Below, in pieces: positions 1 to 8,390 of a stretch of DNA of 32,000 nucleotides. Origin of the DNA: an uncultured bacterium (GTDB lineage Bacteria > GCA-001730085). The position numbers were made by a program, and so were the translations under genes. Under the pieces are notes generated by a model that saw only the letters and a program-made list of their open reading frames with translations, ran no database searches and was not told where the DNA came from. How positions within the stretch are numbered: position 1 is the first letter of the stretch; every line of letters begins with the position of its first letter. The stretch spans positions 90,001 through 122,000 of the forward strand of contig CAZMGY010000021.1 in the NCBI GenBank assembly GCA_964565945.1, given 5' to 3'.

Positions 1-318
1 CGCATAGGCATGCGATTGATAAAAGTGCTTAAGGCGCAGCAACCAATCACAAGGCACGTCAATATCATTGTTCACAATGCACACAAACTCACCACGTGCC
101 GCACGCACACCTTGATTCCATGCTGCCGCACAACCTTGGTTCTTTTCGTTACGAATAAGTATTGCCTCAACACCTTCTAAATAATGTTGCGTTTCCTCCT
201 GAGAGCCATTATCAATTAAAATCAACTCCAAGGACTCAAGAGGCGTCTTGAGGATCGAAACGATGCTTTGCTCTGTCCATTCCAAGTTATCTTTAACCGC
301 CATAACCACCGATATCAT
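1..318 (-). CDS. Family-2 glycosyltransferase (GT2). The N-terminal 106 aa are in the window and the gene continues past the window start.
   Basis: Not in the ORF track because it is open at the edge. The reverse complement of 1-318 reads MISVVMAVKDNLEWTEQSIVSILKTPLESLELILIDNGSQEETQHYLEGVEAILIRNEKNQGCAAAWNQGVRAARGEFVCIVNNDIDVPCDW... This is a typical GT2 N-terminal Rossmann region (LIDNGS ... NxG ... NND). Its ATG (316-318) overlaps the TGA of the upstream gene as ATGA. Confidence 0.75.
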   Translation of the reverse strand, partial: MISVVMAVKDNLEWTEQSIVSILKTPLESLELILIDNGSQEETQHYLEGVEAILIRNEKNQGCAAAWNQGVRAARGEFVCIVNNDIDVPCDWLLRLKHFYQSHAYA

Positions 319-2831
319 AACGCCAACTCCACATCCTGATCCACATAACCTGCATCGAGCAAGAGTGCTTGTTTTTGGGCATATAAATAATTTCGGTGCG
401 TCAAAATATGCTGCGCATAGATGGGACATTTTTTTTGATAGGCTTTGAAAAAGGCTATCTCATGAAGAAGCAATAAACCTTCGGGAAAAGCACCCCACAT
501 TTGTGAAATATTCTTTAACAACTGTCGTTGCGTCAAAGCACCGTTCAAGCGAACATGCCCATGATCTATTAAGTAAAACGTCCATTTGTGCTCGAAACTT
601 TTAAGCACCAAGATATTGTCAGGCGTAAGATCATTGTGAAAAACATCCTTAGCATGCAAATCCCCAATAAAATCCCCAAGGTGACTCATAAACTGCAGTC
701 TTTCTTTTTCGGTTTTGAGTGAACTGTAAAAAAATTTATCCGCATTTTGACTATCTGCCAAATAACGCATCACCAAGATACGCTTACGATAAAGATAAGC
801 AATAGGCTTAGGAACTCGAACGCCAGCAAAAAAAAGGTTCACCGAATGTTGCCACTCGCGATGCATTTGCCCAATTTTCTTTAAAGACATACCCTTAATT
901 TGTTTGCAACACAGGTGTCCCGTCAGGCTTAACTCGTGAAACACACGATAGGAGTGACTTTGTTTCAAAATATGCTCAGCACCAACATAGTCGGCTGAAC
1001 GAACAAGATTGGGAAGTTGAGCAAAAACACGTTTATAGCGAGGCATCCACTCGCCAATCATATTTCTTTGAACTTGAGCAATCTTGAGTGGGTACACGCG
1101 CAAAAAAGGTTTTTGATTGGCACATATTTTTTGAGAGATTCTATCAATATTTTCAAAGTACTTGCGCCAATGATGTGGAAAAAAGTTACGTTCCTTTTGG
1201 TATTGATTTAAAAAATAAAATTTTTCCGCCAAGGACAAAGCATCGCCAATAGAGCTATAAAGATAAACAAAGTTCATGACGACATTGTTAAGCGATATGT
1301 GTTCTACAAAATGAACCCGATGCAAATCGATAACATAAAACCATCTTTGCCCTTTGTCGTCATCCACTAATATGTTCGCGACATCTAAGTCCCGATGATA
1401 AAAACCGTGATTATGCATATGCGCCATAAAATCTGCAAACTGCTTAATGATAGCACGCCGTTCTAAAACAGTTTTTTTCTTAAAGGTCTCACGATACTCC
1501 AAACCATCTTTCATAGGCATCATATCTTCAACAATAAAAATACTTTCTTGAACGACTCCAAACCTTCTTCGTTCTGCATACAAAATAGGGGTAGGTGTCA
1601 ATATCCTTCTATGCTTTAATTGCCAAGAGGTCTTCCACTCGGTAAATCCTTTGGCTTTTTGTTTAAAAGTTTTAAGTTTATCTTTAAACCGTTTGAACAA
1701 ATACACCTTAACAACTAATGGGTACGTCACTCCTTTGTATTCGTAAGAGCGCCTAAGCACCTGGTGATAATCCGATTGACGTATAGATTCGCCCACACAA
1801 ATCGTTTGATCCATCACATCTCGTTCAATCATATGCAGCAGGTTGGGGGGGTAACCTTCGTTACCTATAAAGTTCCATCCATGTTTATTTTCGCACACAT
1901 GAGGCAATATATCATTCAAATGAGACAAGCCTTCGTGAAGAGGACAGCCACGCAAATGCCAGTAGATCAACCGCCAATAGGTTTGAGACTTAGACGAAAC
2001 CACGCCATGAAACACAGCATTCACAGCATAACGAAAGAAAAGCCATTGTTTAATAAAACGTAAAGTCCCCGCTTTAAAACCGCGCCGCCTCAAAAAAAGG
2101 TAAAGACTTTTGTGGTACTCTATCCGCGAAGCTAAGGGATACTTTTTCGCACTCTGTCCAGAATGATGAACAACCGTGACCTGAGGCAAAAACATAACCC
2201 GATAACCTTGCCGATTCAAACGCCAACACAAGTCGGTTTCTTCCATATAAAAAAAGTAACCTTCGTCATAACCTTGCATAGTATGAAAGATCTCTTTACG
2301 AATACAAAAACAAGCCCCGACAAGACTCTCAACTTTTATAGGTTGAGAGTAAGTTTTTCGTTTATGAGGAAATTTTTTGGGGTGCAAAAATCTTAAAATA
2401 TTTTTGTTGAGCAATAAAGATGCTATCGACGGATAATTGTCCACACTATTTCTCTTACGACCTTGAGCATCAACAAAGGCGGGCCCACAAGCGCCCACAT
2501 CGGGGTTGTCTTTTAAAAACCGAATCATCAATTCAATACTTTTCGGCAAAACCCTGGTATCGACATTCAGAAAAATGAGATATTCCCCTTTGGCCTTACG
2601 AGCGGCCTTATTGCAAGCTTTAGCAAACCCATAGTTGGTTGTATTTTGAATCCAGAGGATCTTCTCACTCTCTTTAAGTGCAACATAGGGATCATCGTTA
2701 GAAGCATTGTCGATCACAATTACTTCATAAGACAACTCAGTCTGTGCTGATCGAATCGCTTGCAAGCATTCTTTCAGCAGCAGTGCAGAATTAAAGTTAA
2801 CAATAATAATAGAAATATCACATTTCTTCAT
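315..2831 (-). CDS. Tri-domain LPS-core enzyme: an N-terminal GT2 glycosyltransferase fused to two tandem Kdo/WaaP-family (lipopolysaccharide kinase-like) domains.
   Basis: 838-aa ORF with AAGGAG 10 nt upstream of the ATG at 2831. Residues 1-300 carry GT2 motifs (ISIIIVNFNS, VIDNASND, FLNVDT, YMEETDLCWR). Residues ~345-565 carry a kinase catalytic loop (GFYHRDLDVANILV) plus FYVIDLHRV. Residues ~600-800 carry a second loop (DVFHNDLTPDNILV) plus FYLIDHGHV. Both resemble KdkA/WaaP HxDLxxxNIL...IDxx motifs. Confidence 0.8.
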   Translation of the reverse strand: MKKCDISIIIVNFNSALLLKECLQAIRSAQTELSYEVIVIDNASNDDPYVALKESEKILWIQNTTNYGFAKACNKAARKAKGEYLIFLNVDTRVLPKSIELMIRFLKDNPDVGACGPAFVDAQGRKRNSVDNYPSIASLLLNKNILRFLHPKKFPHKRKTYSQPIKVESLVGACFCIRKEIFHTMQGYDEGYFFYMEETDLCWRLNRQGYRVMFLPQVTVVHHSGQSAKKYPLASRIEYHKSLYLFLRRRGFKAGTLRFIKQWLFFRYAVNAVFHGVVSSKSQTYWRLIYWHLRGCPLHEGLSHLNDILPHVCENKHGWNFIGNEGYPPNLLHMIERDVMDQTICVGESIRQSDYHQVLRRSYEYKGVTYPLVVKVYLFKRFKDKLKTFKQKAKGFTEWKTSWQLKHRRILTPTPILYAERRRFGVVQESIFIVEDMMPMKDGLEYRETFKKKTVLERRAIIKQFADFMAHMHNHGFYHRDLDVANILVDDDKGQRWFYVIDLHRVHFVEHISLNNVVMNFVYLYSSIGDALSLAEKFYFLNQYQKERNFFPHHWRKYFENIDRISQKICANQKPFLRVYPLKIAQVQRNMIGEWMPRYKRVFAQLPNLVRSADYVGAEHILKQSHSYRVFHELSLTGHLCCKQIKGMSLKKIGQMHREWQHSVNLFFAGVRVPKPIAYLYRKRILVMRYLADSQNADKFFYSSLKTEKERLQFMSHLGDFIGDLHAKDVFHNDLTPDNILVLKSFEHKWTFYLIDHGHVRLNGALTQRQLLKNISQMWGAFPEGLLLLHEIAFFKAYQKKCPIYAQHILTHRNYLYAQKQALLLDAGYVDQDVELAL

Positions 2832-3594
2832 AAGAAGACCTCTCCTTTACCTGTGCCTCCCACAACTTTGCATATTTATAAAAGTCATGCGCCGCACTTA
2901 GACCAGAAAAAATCAATCCACTGACTCCATCCAAAAAGCCCCTTTTTAGCAGATAAAGCTTAAAAAAACGTACATGCCAAATAAATAGCAAGCGAATAAA
3001 GTTCATTCGTTTACCACGCCCTAGCTCTTTCTGCACATAAAGGTCACCATAGGTTTTAAACTTACTTAAATAATGACTTAAATTTTGATAAGGGTAATGT
3101 TCGATTACAACTTCAGACATAGGAAGCACCAGACCTTTAATATCCAAAGACTCATGCACAGGTGTTTGTTCAAAGCGGTGCTCAGATTGATTGCGAAATA
3201 GCCTAACAATAAGTTCACGCCCCAAACAATGATCCAACCATCGTCCTAAAAAAAAGGTGCGACGACGAAGCAGTACCCCCGCAGCGGACTTCTTATGTTC
3301 AAGAACCTGCTTCAGATCAAACCCCTCCTTAACTTTAAGAATCTCGTCCGAGTCCATCCACAAAACCCAATCTGAGGATACCTGGTTGAGAGCGATATTT
3401 TTTTGCTCGGCATAGCCCAACCATTCTTGCTCAATCACCTTGGCGCCCAAAGATTTGGCATATGTCACCGTCTCATCGCTGCTTCCCGAATCAACCACAA
3501 TAAGCTCATCCGCCCAGGGCTTAACACTATCCAAGCACTTCTTTAAGGCTTCGGCACAATTCAACGTTATAACAATGACACTTAAATGAATCAA
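2818..3594 (-). CDS. GT2 glycosyltransferase, KdtX/WaaE-like LPS core glycosyltransferase.
   Basis: Contains LSVIVITLNCAEALKKCLDSVKPWADELIVVDSGSSDETVTYAKSLGAKVIEQEWLGYAEQKNIA...WMDSDE, a typical GT2 core. The track ORF extends to an ATG at 3687, but that start has no SD and would overlap waaF by 97 nt. I prefer the TTG at 3594, which forms a TTGA start/stop overlap with waaF. The start is uncertain. Confidence 0.8.
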   Translation of the reverse strand: MIHLSVIVITLNCAEALKKCLDSVKPWADELIVVDSGSSDETVTYAKSLGAKVIEQEWLGYAEQKNIALNQVSSDWVLWMDSDEILKVKEGFDLKQVLEHKKSAAGVLLRRRTFFLGRWLDHCLGRELIVRLFRNQSEHRFEQTPVHESLDIKGLVLPMSEVVIEHYPYQNLSHYLSKFKTYGDLYVQKELGRGKRMNFIRLLFIWHVRFFKLYLLKRGFLDGVSGLIFSGLSAAHDFYKYAKLWEAQVKERSSYEEM

Positions 3595-4631
3595 CTTAAA
3601 ACCACTTTCTTCATTAGAGGAGCTACCGTCTTTAACACTTGCTCGACACGAATATCTTTCATACACGCCATTGTTCCCAAAGGACATGTTCGCTTAAAAC
3701 AAGGCGAACAATCGAGCTTAGAATACACCACATTAACCGTGCTGCCTAGGGGCTGTGTGAATTCTGGCAACGTCGACCCAAAAATCACAACGGTTTCTAC
3801 ATCAAGGGCAGCTGAAACATGCGCCAGTCCAGAATCATTGCCAATAAAAATCCGACATAAAGCCAACAATATTTGCACTTCTTTTAAATCTGTTTGCCCA
3901 CAAAGGTTAATAAAAACGTGTTCCGATCCTCTCATCACAAACCTAGCCTTGTCGGCATCTTTCGCCATTCCTAGCAACAAAATTTTAGCATTATACTTTT
4001 TGTGAAGCTCCAAACCCAAATAGCGATATCGCTCAGGGGACCAATCCTTAGCGGGCCCATAGGCTGAACTAATACCCAAAGCCATCAGGGGTTGATCTAC
4101 CCATTGATAAATTTTTTTCAATTGAGCTTTCTTTTTTTGCTTTTCCAAACTAGGCACAGTCAACGAAAGGGATATTTTTGGAGGCTCTTTCTTGGTCCAT
4201 AAAGGAAAAGCAAGAGCCATAAAGTGACGGCTTTGGTGTTTTTGACGCTGATCTTTGGGAAAGGGCAAAGCTTTGTTCAATAAAAACCCTCGCCCTTCTT
4301 TTTGGTAACCGATACGGTAGCTTATGCTGGCACAAGCAATTAATAAGGCCGAAAAAAAAGAGTTGGGGCACAGGATAGCAAGATCAATTTTATCTTTCCT
4401 AAGCATGCGAGCCGTTAACAACAATGCTTTCAAGCGATATTTTTTATCCCATACAACAACACGATCCGCTTGGTCTTGAAACAAATAGATATCCTTCAAA
4501 TGCTTAGGCGTTAAAACAATAAGCTCCGCTTGAGGGTACATATCTCTCAGCAATCCTAAAAGAGGCCTGGCCATCACAGCATCACCCAGCCAATTAGGCA
4601 TCATTAATAAAATACGTTCTACTTTTTCCAT
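3591..4631 (-). CDS. waaF: ADP-heptose:LPS heptosyltransferase II (GT9).
   Basis: Contains MPNWLGDAVMARPLL near the N-terminus, GNDSGLAHVSAAL, and the C-terminal LDCSPCFKRTCPLGTMACM cysteine motif, all characteristic of WaaF/RfaF. The track start at 4634 is a GTG and the adjacent ATG at 4631 is more likely. Confidence 0.85.
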   Translation of the reverse strand: MEKVERILLMMPNWLGDAVMARPLLGLLRDMYPQAELIVLTPKHLKDIYLFQDQADRVVVWDKKYRLKALLLTARMLRKDKIDLAILCPNSFFSALLIACASISYRIGYQKEGRGFLLNKALPFPKDQRQKHQSRHFMALAFPLWTKKEPPKISLSLTVPSLEKQKKKAQLKKIYQWVDQPLMALGISSAYGPAKDWSPERYRYLGLELHKKYNAKILLLGMAKDADKARFVMRGSEHVFINLCGQTDLKEVQILLALCRIFIGNDSGLAHVSAALDVETVVIFGSTLPEFTQPLGSTVNVVYSKLDCSPCFKRTCPLGTMACMKDIRVEQVLKTVAPLMKKVVLS

Positions 4632-4634
4632 CAC

Positions 4635-4802
4635 TTATGTAACCAAAACCACCTCTCTGCATCCTTTTCTCCAACGAGACGCTAAACACCTTTGTGTTAG
4701 ATGCTCAATAGCCTCATCCCACTCATAGCCTTCCTGATAATCTAGAGACTCAATCTCCAGATCAAATTAAAACACATGCTGACCATACTTTATCTCGTTC
4801 AT
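4635..4802 (-). pseudogene. Small ORF interrupted by an in-frame TAA (MNEIKYGQHVF*FDLEIESLDYQEGYEWDEAIEHLTQRCLASRWRKGCREVVLVT*). Possibly a gene remnant, or only an 11-codon coupled ORF.
   Basis: My own translation. The ATG at 4800-4802 overlaps the TGA of the 120-aa ORF as ATGA. There is an in-frame TAA at 4767-4769. The same frame then stays open to the TAA at 4635-4637, just before the waaF start. Confidence 0.2.
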
Positions 4803-5161
4803 TGTAGAACATCACAAGAGAGACGCCCAACTTTACCGCCAAAGTTGCATGTGTCGTAAACGTTTGTGCTTTTCGCCAAAAAAAAAGTCCTCGCATCTCC
4901 ATGATCTCCAGTATTTTGATCCACCACTTCTCTCACCTGAGCCACCTCTTGCACCTCATACATTACGTAACGCTTCCAAGTTGTTTGAAACTTAGCAGAA
5001 CAGCGAATCTCCCCTACAGTGATCATAAATTCTTGAAACACCGCTTGCACGGTTCGATCAATATCATGCGGATTTGGCCCCACAGGAAGATTAGATTGTC
5101 TTAAATCATTCTCCACTACCTTTTGCTCGTGAAGATAATAAACGTGACAGTATAGTCCCAA
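4799..5161 (-). CDS. Hypothetical protein of 120 aa with no family recognised.
   Basis: An ORF on the same strand as the flanking operon, with a TTG start preceded by AGGGAGAGG. I could recognise no conserved motifs, so it may be spurious or degenerate. Confidence 0.3.
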   Translation of the reverse strand: MGLYCHVYYLHEQKVVENDLRQSNLPVGPNPHDIDRTVQAVFQEFMITVGEIRCSAKFQTTWKRYVMYEVQEVAQVREVVDQNTGDHGDARTFFLAKSTNVYDTCNFGGKVGRLSCDVLQ

Positions 5162-5298
5162 GACCTCTCCCTAGGATCCTCATCCACGTATAGGGCAAAC
5201 AGAAACAAACCGCTTGAACTCCCCTCAAACCAAGGTAACCTAAATAGTCAAGACAACGCATACCCCATTATAATATAAAAAAGACTGCGCTTACAGGC

Positions 5299-6588
5299 CT
5301 AATGAGGCAAGGTGCGCCTAATCACGTCGAGCGCTTGATCAATCACATGTTTATCGCGACTCACGCACGCCCAAGCGTTTTGTCCCAAAGTTTCTCTCGT
5401 TAACTCATTTTGGGCCAAGCGAAGAACAGCACCCTTAAGATCTTCACGAGAAGCAAGCTGCTCCACAGCATGGTGACGCAATAGATCTTCGACAATATCT
5501 GTGAAATTAAACATATACGGCCCACAAATGATCGCTCGACTCCAAACGGCAGCCTCCAAAGGATTTTGTCCACCATGCTTGACCCAACTCCCCCCCATCA
5601 CAACCATATCGGCCAAAGCATACAAATCAAATAAGTCTCCAATCGTATCCACCAAGCAAACATCCTTGCTCCATATCTCGGCACCACTCTGTTGACAATC
5701 TGACAAATACGCCCAAGACAAAGACGTTTGAGCAAGCAAATATTCCACCTCAGGACATCGTTCAGGGTGACGTGGCGCCAAAATAAGCCTCCACTTTGCA
5801 TCCATCTGGTTATTTAGGTTTTCAAAAGCTGCTAGCATCACCTCATCTTCTCCAGCGTGAGTGCTTGCTGCAAGCAAAATTCGCACAGACGCCTCCTCTT
5901 TATTTTTGACCGAATACACGGGCTTTTGCTGCTCTTTGCGAGCTAGGGCCGCTTCATACTTAAAATGCCCTAAAGCAAGAACTTGCTCAGCGCAAACTCC
6001 TAAAGCCTCAAAACGCTCCTTGTCGCGAGACGTTTGCACCAAAATTATCGTCAACTTCTTGAGGAACGGACGTAAAAACCATCGACCTTTACGATAGTTT
6101 TGAAATGACCCGTCCGACAAGCGCGCGTTCATTAGAATCACGGGACAAGGCGATAAATGTAAAAGACTAGGCCAAATCTCTGTTTCCATAATCAACGTGA
6201 GTCTTGGGCTGACAATTTGATAAAATGACCTAAGAGCGAAAGGAAAATCAAGAGGAACATAAAGAACCTGTGCAATGTCTTTCAATCGCTTTTGAGCCAA
6301 GTTCTGGCCAGTTCGTGTGGTTGTAGTCACAACGAGCTGAAAAGGTGGCCAATCGGCCTTAAGACGACGAATAAGTGGCTCGGCTGCAAGGAACTCTCCC
6401 ACTGAAACACAATGCACCCACAGGTTCGCTTGCCGAACAAGCTGTTGCTTAAGCGGTTCACTATACAGCCCCAAGCGCTGCTTTAAACCCGCACGATGCT
6501 TTGGACTCCTCCACAAATGAAGTGCGATCAAGGGCAAGCCCAACAAACTGATTAATTGTAAAGCAAACGAATAAACAAAAAAGACCAT
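5299..6588 (-). CDS. waaA: 3-deoxy-D-manno-octulosonic acid (Kdo) transferase.
   Basis: 429 aa with an N-terminal membrane anchor. The WVHCVSVGEF motif and the overall GT30 layout are typical of WaaA/KdtA. The sequence GAGAGGG lies upstream of the ATG. Confidence 0.9.
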   Translation of the reverse strand: MVFFVYSFALQLISLLGLPLIALHLWRSPKHRAGLKQRLGLYSEPLKQQLVRQANLWVHCVSVGEFLAAEPLIRRLKADWPPFQLVVTTTTRTGQNLAQKRLKDIAQVLYVPLDFPFALRSFYQIVSPRLTLIMETEIWPSLLHLSPCPVILMNARLSDGSFQNYRKGRWFLRPFLKKLTIILVQTSRDKERFEALGVCAEQVLALGHFKYEAALARKEQQKPVYSVKNKEEASVRILLAASTHAGEDEVMLAAFENLNNQMDAKWRLILAPRHPERCPEVEYLLAQTSLSWAYLSDCQQSGAEIWSKDVCLVDTIGDLFDLYALADMVVMGGSWVKHGGQNPLEAAVWSRAIICGPYMFNFTDIVEDLLRHHAVEQLASREDLKGAVLRLAQNELTRETLGQNAWACVSRDKHVIDQALDVIRRTLPH

Positions 6589-6614
6589 ACATTACCCTCT
6601 CACAAGGTGAGCCT

Positions 6615-6641
6615 AATATACCAGGTTCAGAAAAAAAGCAA
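6615..6641 (-). promoter_or_regulatory. Candidate extended -10 promoter for the waaA operon.
   Basis: The minus strand reads TTGCTT-N15-(TGg)TATATT, where the N15 spacer includes the TGg. This is a TGnTATATT extended -10 at 6615-6623, about 25 nt upstream of the waaA ATG and immediately after the porin terminator. Confidence 0.35.
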
Positions 6642-6671
6642 CCCCAGCTTTGCAAGAAAACCAGGGTTGCT
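6631..6671 (-). terminator. Rho-independent terminator of the porin gene.
   Basis: The minus strand reads AGCAACCCTGG-ttttcttgcaaag-CTGGGGTTGCT followed by TTTTTT. The stem is 11 bp including 2 G-U pairs, and the element begins about 33 nt after the porin stop codon. Confidence 0.8.
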
Positions 6672-6703
6672 TTAATATGTAAAGACTTTGTATTAAGTAA
6701 GTC

Positions 6704-8065
6704 TTAGAATTCAACAGTTACGCTGCTAACCAATTCGTAAGCGTCGTCAGAGTGAGCATCTGTGAACCCATTACCTGAATTAAGGAAAGATCCTTGGAAA
6801 GAGAACATTACATCTTCTGTGTAATCATAAGTCACAGAACCAATAAGTTCAACACCCAAGTTTTTTCCAGGACCATCATGGATTTTTTCATCGAAATGAG
6901 CATACACCAAGCTTACACCAGCTTCGATATCTTCGAAAGGTACGAAAGAAACAGAAGCAGTCACACCATGAATGTTTCCAGATCCACCTCTTAGATTATC
7001 ATCGATCACAGCATCTGTACGATTAGCCAATTGATCAATGAGGTTTCCAATTCCACGAACATAGTGAGTCGCAGACCAAGCTTTGTTCTTACCATCGCCA
7101 AGGTCACCATCACCAGAACGATAATCATAGTACAAGCTTACTTTTGGCTCATACTCATTGTGAAATACGTAAGAACCACCAATGATCGCAGCCCAAGCTT
7201 TGCGGTCTTCATGCACCCTGAAGATATCCTCTCCCTGATTAAAAGCCACGATTTCATTCCCAAATTGGTAAGCCAATTCAGCTTCCATATGAAGGCTTTC
7301 GTCTATCGAGACCACTGGCCCCTCAATACGAGCACCAATCGTGTGGATACCATCATCCTGAAGGTTAGATGTGCTACCTTCTTGAGTTATACGATCTTCA
7401 GCATGTTGAAAAACCCAGTATCCAGAAGCCATAACTTCGGAAGGGAATATATAGTCAACGTTGATACCGTAAAGAGTTGTGTCAGCCTCATCGGACATAC
7501 TCCCTGCACCAGTAGCAGCTTCAAAACTTTCATCGATACGAGCGATGAAGAAATCAAGCATTACCAGATCCAAGTCCAATTGAGCACGGATCGCATCGAA
7601 TCCAGACTCAAGACCATACCAAGCGTTATCCAAGCCAGAGTTAATATTAACGTTAGGAATACCATCAGCGATAACCAATCCAGATCCCCATACAATCTCT
7701 TGACGACCAATGGTCAATGTCAAAGGAGAGTATAAGAACTCAGACAATTGTACGTAAGCCAAGTCAATATCAATATCATCTTCACTAACATTGCTACCGA
7801 TGTTATCCGCACCGTCCCATTCGCGTTGATTCAAGAAACGAACGTAAGTTTTTACGTTATCTGTCAAATCAGCTTCAAAGTAAACGCGAGTTTGAGAGAA
7901 AAAAGAGTTGCCAGAAACTTTCTCCTTATCGCTCAAAGTCATCGTACTGTTTTTCAAATAAGTCGCGGTGAAATCCCCACCCACTTTAATCGACTGCGTT
8001 TCCGCAAACGCAGGCGTTGCAACGGCAAAAGCCAAAGCAACGGCACTTAGTAACATTCTTTTCAT
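6704..8065 (-). CDS. Outer-membrane beta-barrel porin (alginate-export/OmpL-like type).
   Basis: Signal peptide MKRMLLSAVALAFAVATPAFA. The body has alternating amphipathic, Gly/Asp/Tyr-rich beta-strand character, and the C-terminus ends VTVEF (terminal Phe OMP signature). A strong AAGGAG SD sits at 8074-8079. Confidence 0.8.
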   Translation of the reverse strand: MKRMLLSAVALAFAVATPAFAETQSIKVGGDFTATYLKNSTMTLSDKEKVSGNSFFSQTRVYFEADLTDNVKTYVRFLNQREWDGADNIGSNVSEDDIDIDLAYVQLSEFLYSPLTLTIGRQEIVWGSGLVIADGIPNVNINSGLDNAWYGLESGFDAIRAQLDLDLVMLDFFIARIDESFEAATGAGSMSDEADTTLYGINVDYIFPSEVMASGYWVFQHAEDRITQEGSTSNLQDDGIHTIGARIEGPVVSIDESLHMEAELAYQFGNEIVAFNQGEDIFRVHEDRKAWAAIIGGSYVFHNEYEPKVSLYYDYRSGDGDLGDGKNKAWSATHYVRGIGNLIDQLANRTDAVIDDNLRGGSGNIHGVTASVSFVPFEDIEAGVSLVYAHFDEKIHDGPGKNLGVELIGSVTYDYTEDVMFSFQGSFLNSGNGFTDAHSDDAYELVSSVTVEF

Positions 8066-8280
8066 TGTCTTTACTCCTTAAAAGTAACCTCCGAACCTCC
8101 CAGTTCAAAGTATCTATCCTTAACAATCAACACCATTGCTGATTGAATATTTCAAGCACCAGGTAAAGCATTCGGCGACAAAGCGAAACTGCCTCCACCT
8201 CCCTTCTTGTCTTTTTTCGACTACTCTACGATGTTATAAGCATTTTACAAAGATCATAAGCACACATTCCTACAAGAGAA

Positions 8281-8309
8281 AATGTAACACGCACAACAAT
8301 TTGTGTCAA
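8281..8309 (-). promoter_or_regulatory. Candidate sigma70-type promoter for the porin gene.
   Basis: The minus strand reads TTGACA (8304-8309), N17, TACATT (8281-8286). This start would give a leader of about 210 nt. Confidence 0.4.
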
Positions 8310-8326
8310 CTCTTTTTTCTTTTAAC

Positions 8327-8356
8327 TTGACAACTATTTTGGCTTCGTATTATTCT
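8327..8356 (+). promoter_or_regulatory. Candidate sigma70-type promoter for the GT2/GT-C pair.
   Basis: TTGACA at 8327-8332 is followed by TATTAT (N15) or TATTCT (N18). It lies 35-60 nt upstream of the ATG at 8391, and AGGA/AAGG SD-like sequences precede that start. Confidence 0.35.
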
Positions 8357-8390
8357 ACATGCGACCTAAGCGAAAAATAGGATAAGGCTT

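Noticed and set aside
2818-3687. Longest-ORF N-terminal extensions in the track: GT2 to 3687, DUF374 to 11096, lpxB to 13978, bamA to 20771, BNR protein to 22464, dnaB to 29156, rpsF to 30708, skp to 18432 and waaF to 4634.
   Set aside because: Several of these begin at GTG or TTG immediately upstream of an ATG that has a good SD. Others create 50-134-nt overlaps with the upstream gene. The shorter starts fit homologue N-termini and the 1-4-nt coupling pattern better, but they remain unverified.
3586-4005. 139-aa plus-strand ORF overlapping waaF and the GT2 gene.
   Set aside because: It is antisense to two strongly supported genes and shows no recognisable motifs. It is a typical shadow frame.
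4635-5298. Possible mobile element or structured RNA gene (RNase P RNA, tmRNA, tRNA) in the waaA-waaF spacer.
   Set aside because: There are no terminal inverted repeats and no transposase or integrase motifs. The conserved tmRNA, RNase P and tRNA sequence blocks (for example a GGTTCGA-type T-loop in a cloverleaf context) are also absent. The region is kept only as an unassigned-ORF finding.
6461-6655. 64-aa minus-strand ORF spanning the waaA start and the porin terminator.
   Set aside because: It runs through the terminator hairpin and is out of frame with the well-supported waaA N-terminus, so it is spurious.
7031-7735. 234-aa plus-strand ORF, with neighbours at 6794-6994 and 7748-8050, lying opposite the porin gene.
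   Set aside because: It is a shadow ORF antisense to a well-supported beta-barrel gene. The composition is low-complexity and Ile/Ser/Thr/Arg-rich, there is no SD, and no motifs are recognisable.
8136-8330. 64-aa basic, Cys-rich ORF in the porin/GT2 divergent intergenic region.
   Set aside because: It has a non-ATG (TTG) start and no SD, the composition is atypical, and it overlaps the predicted promoters. It is more likely non-coding leader or promoter DNA.
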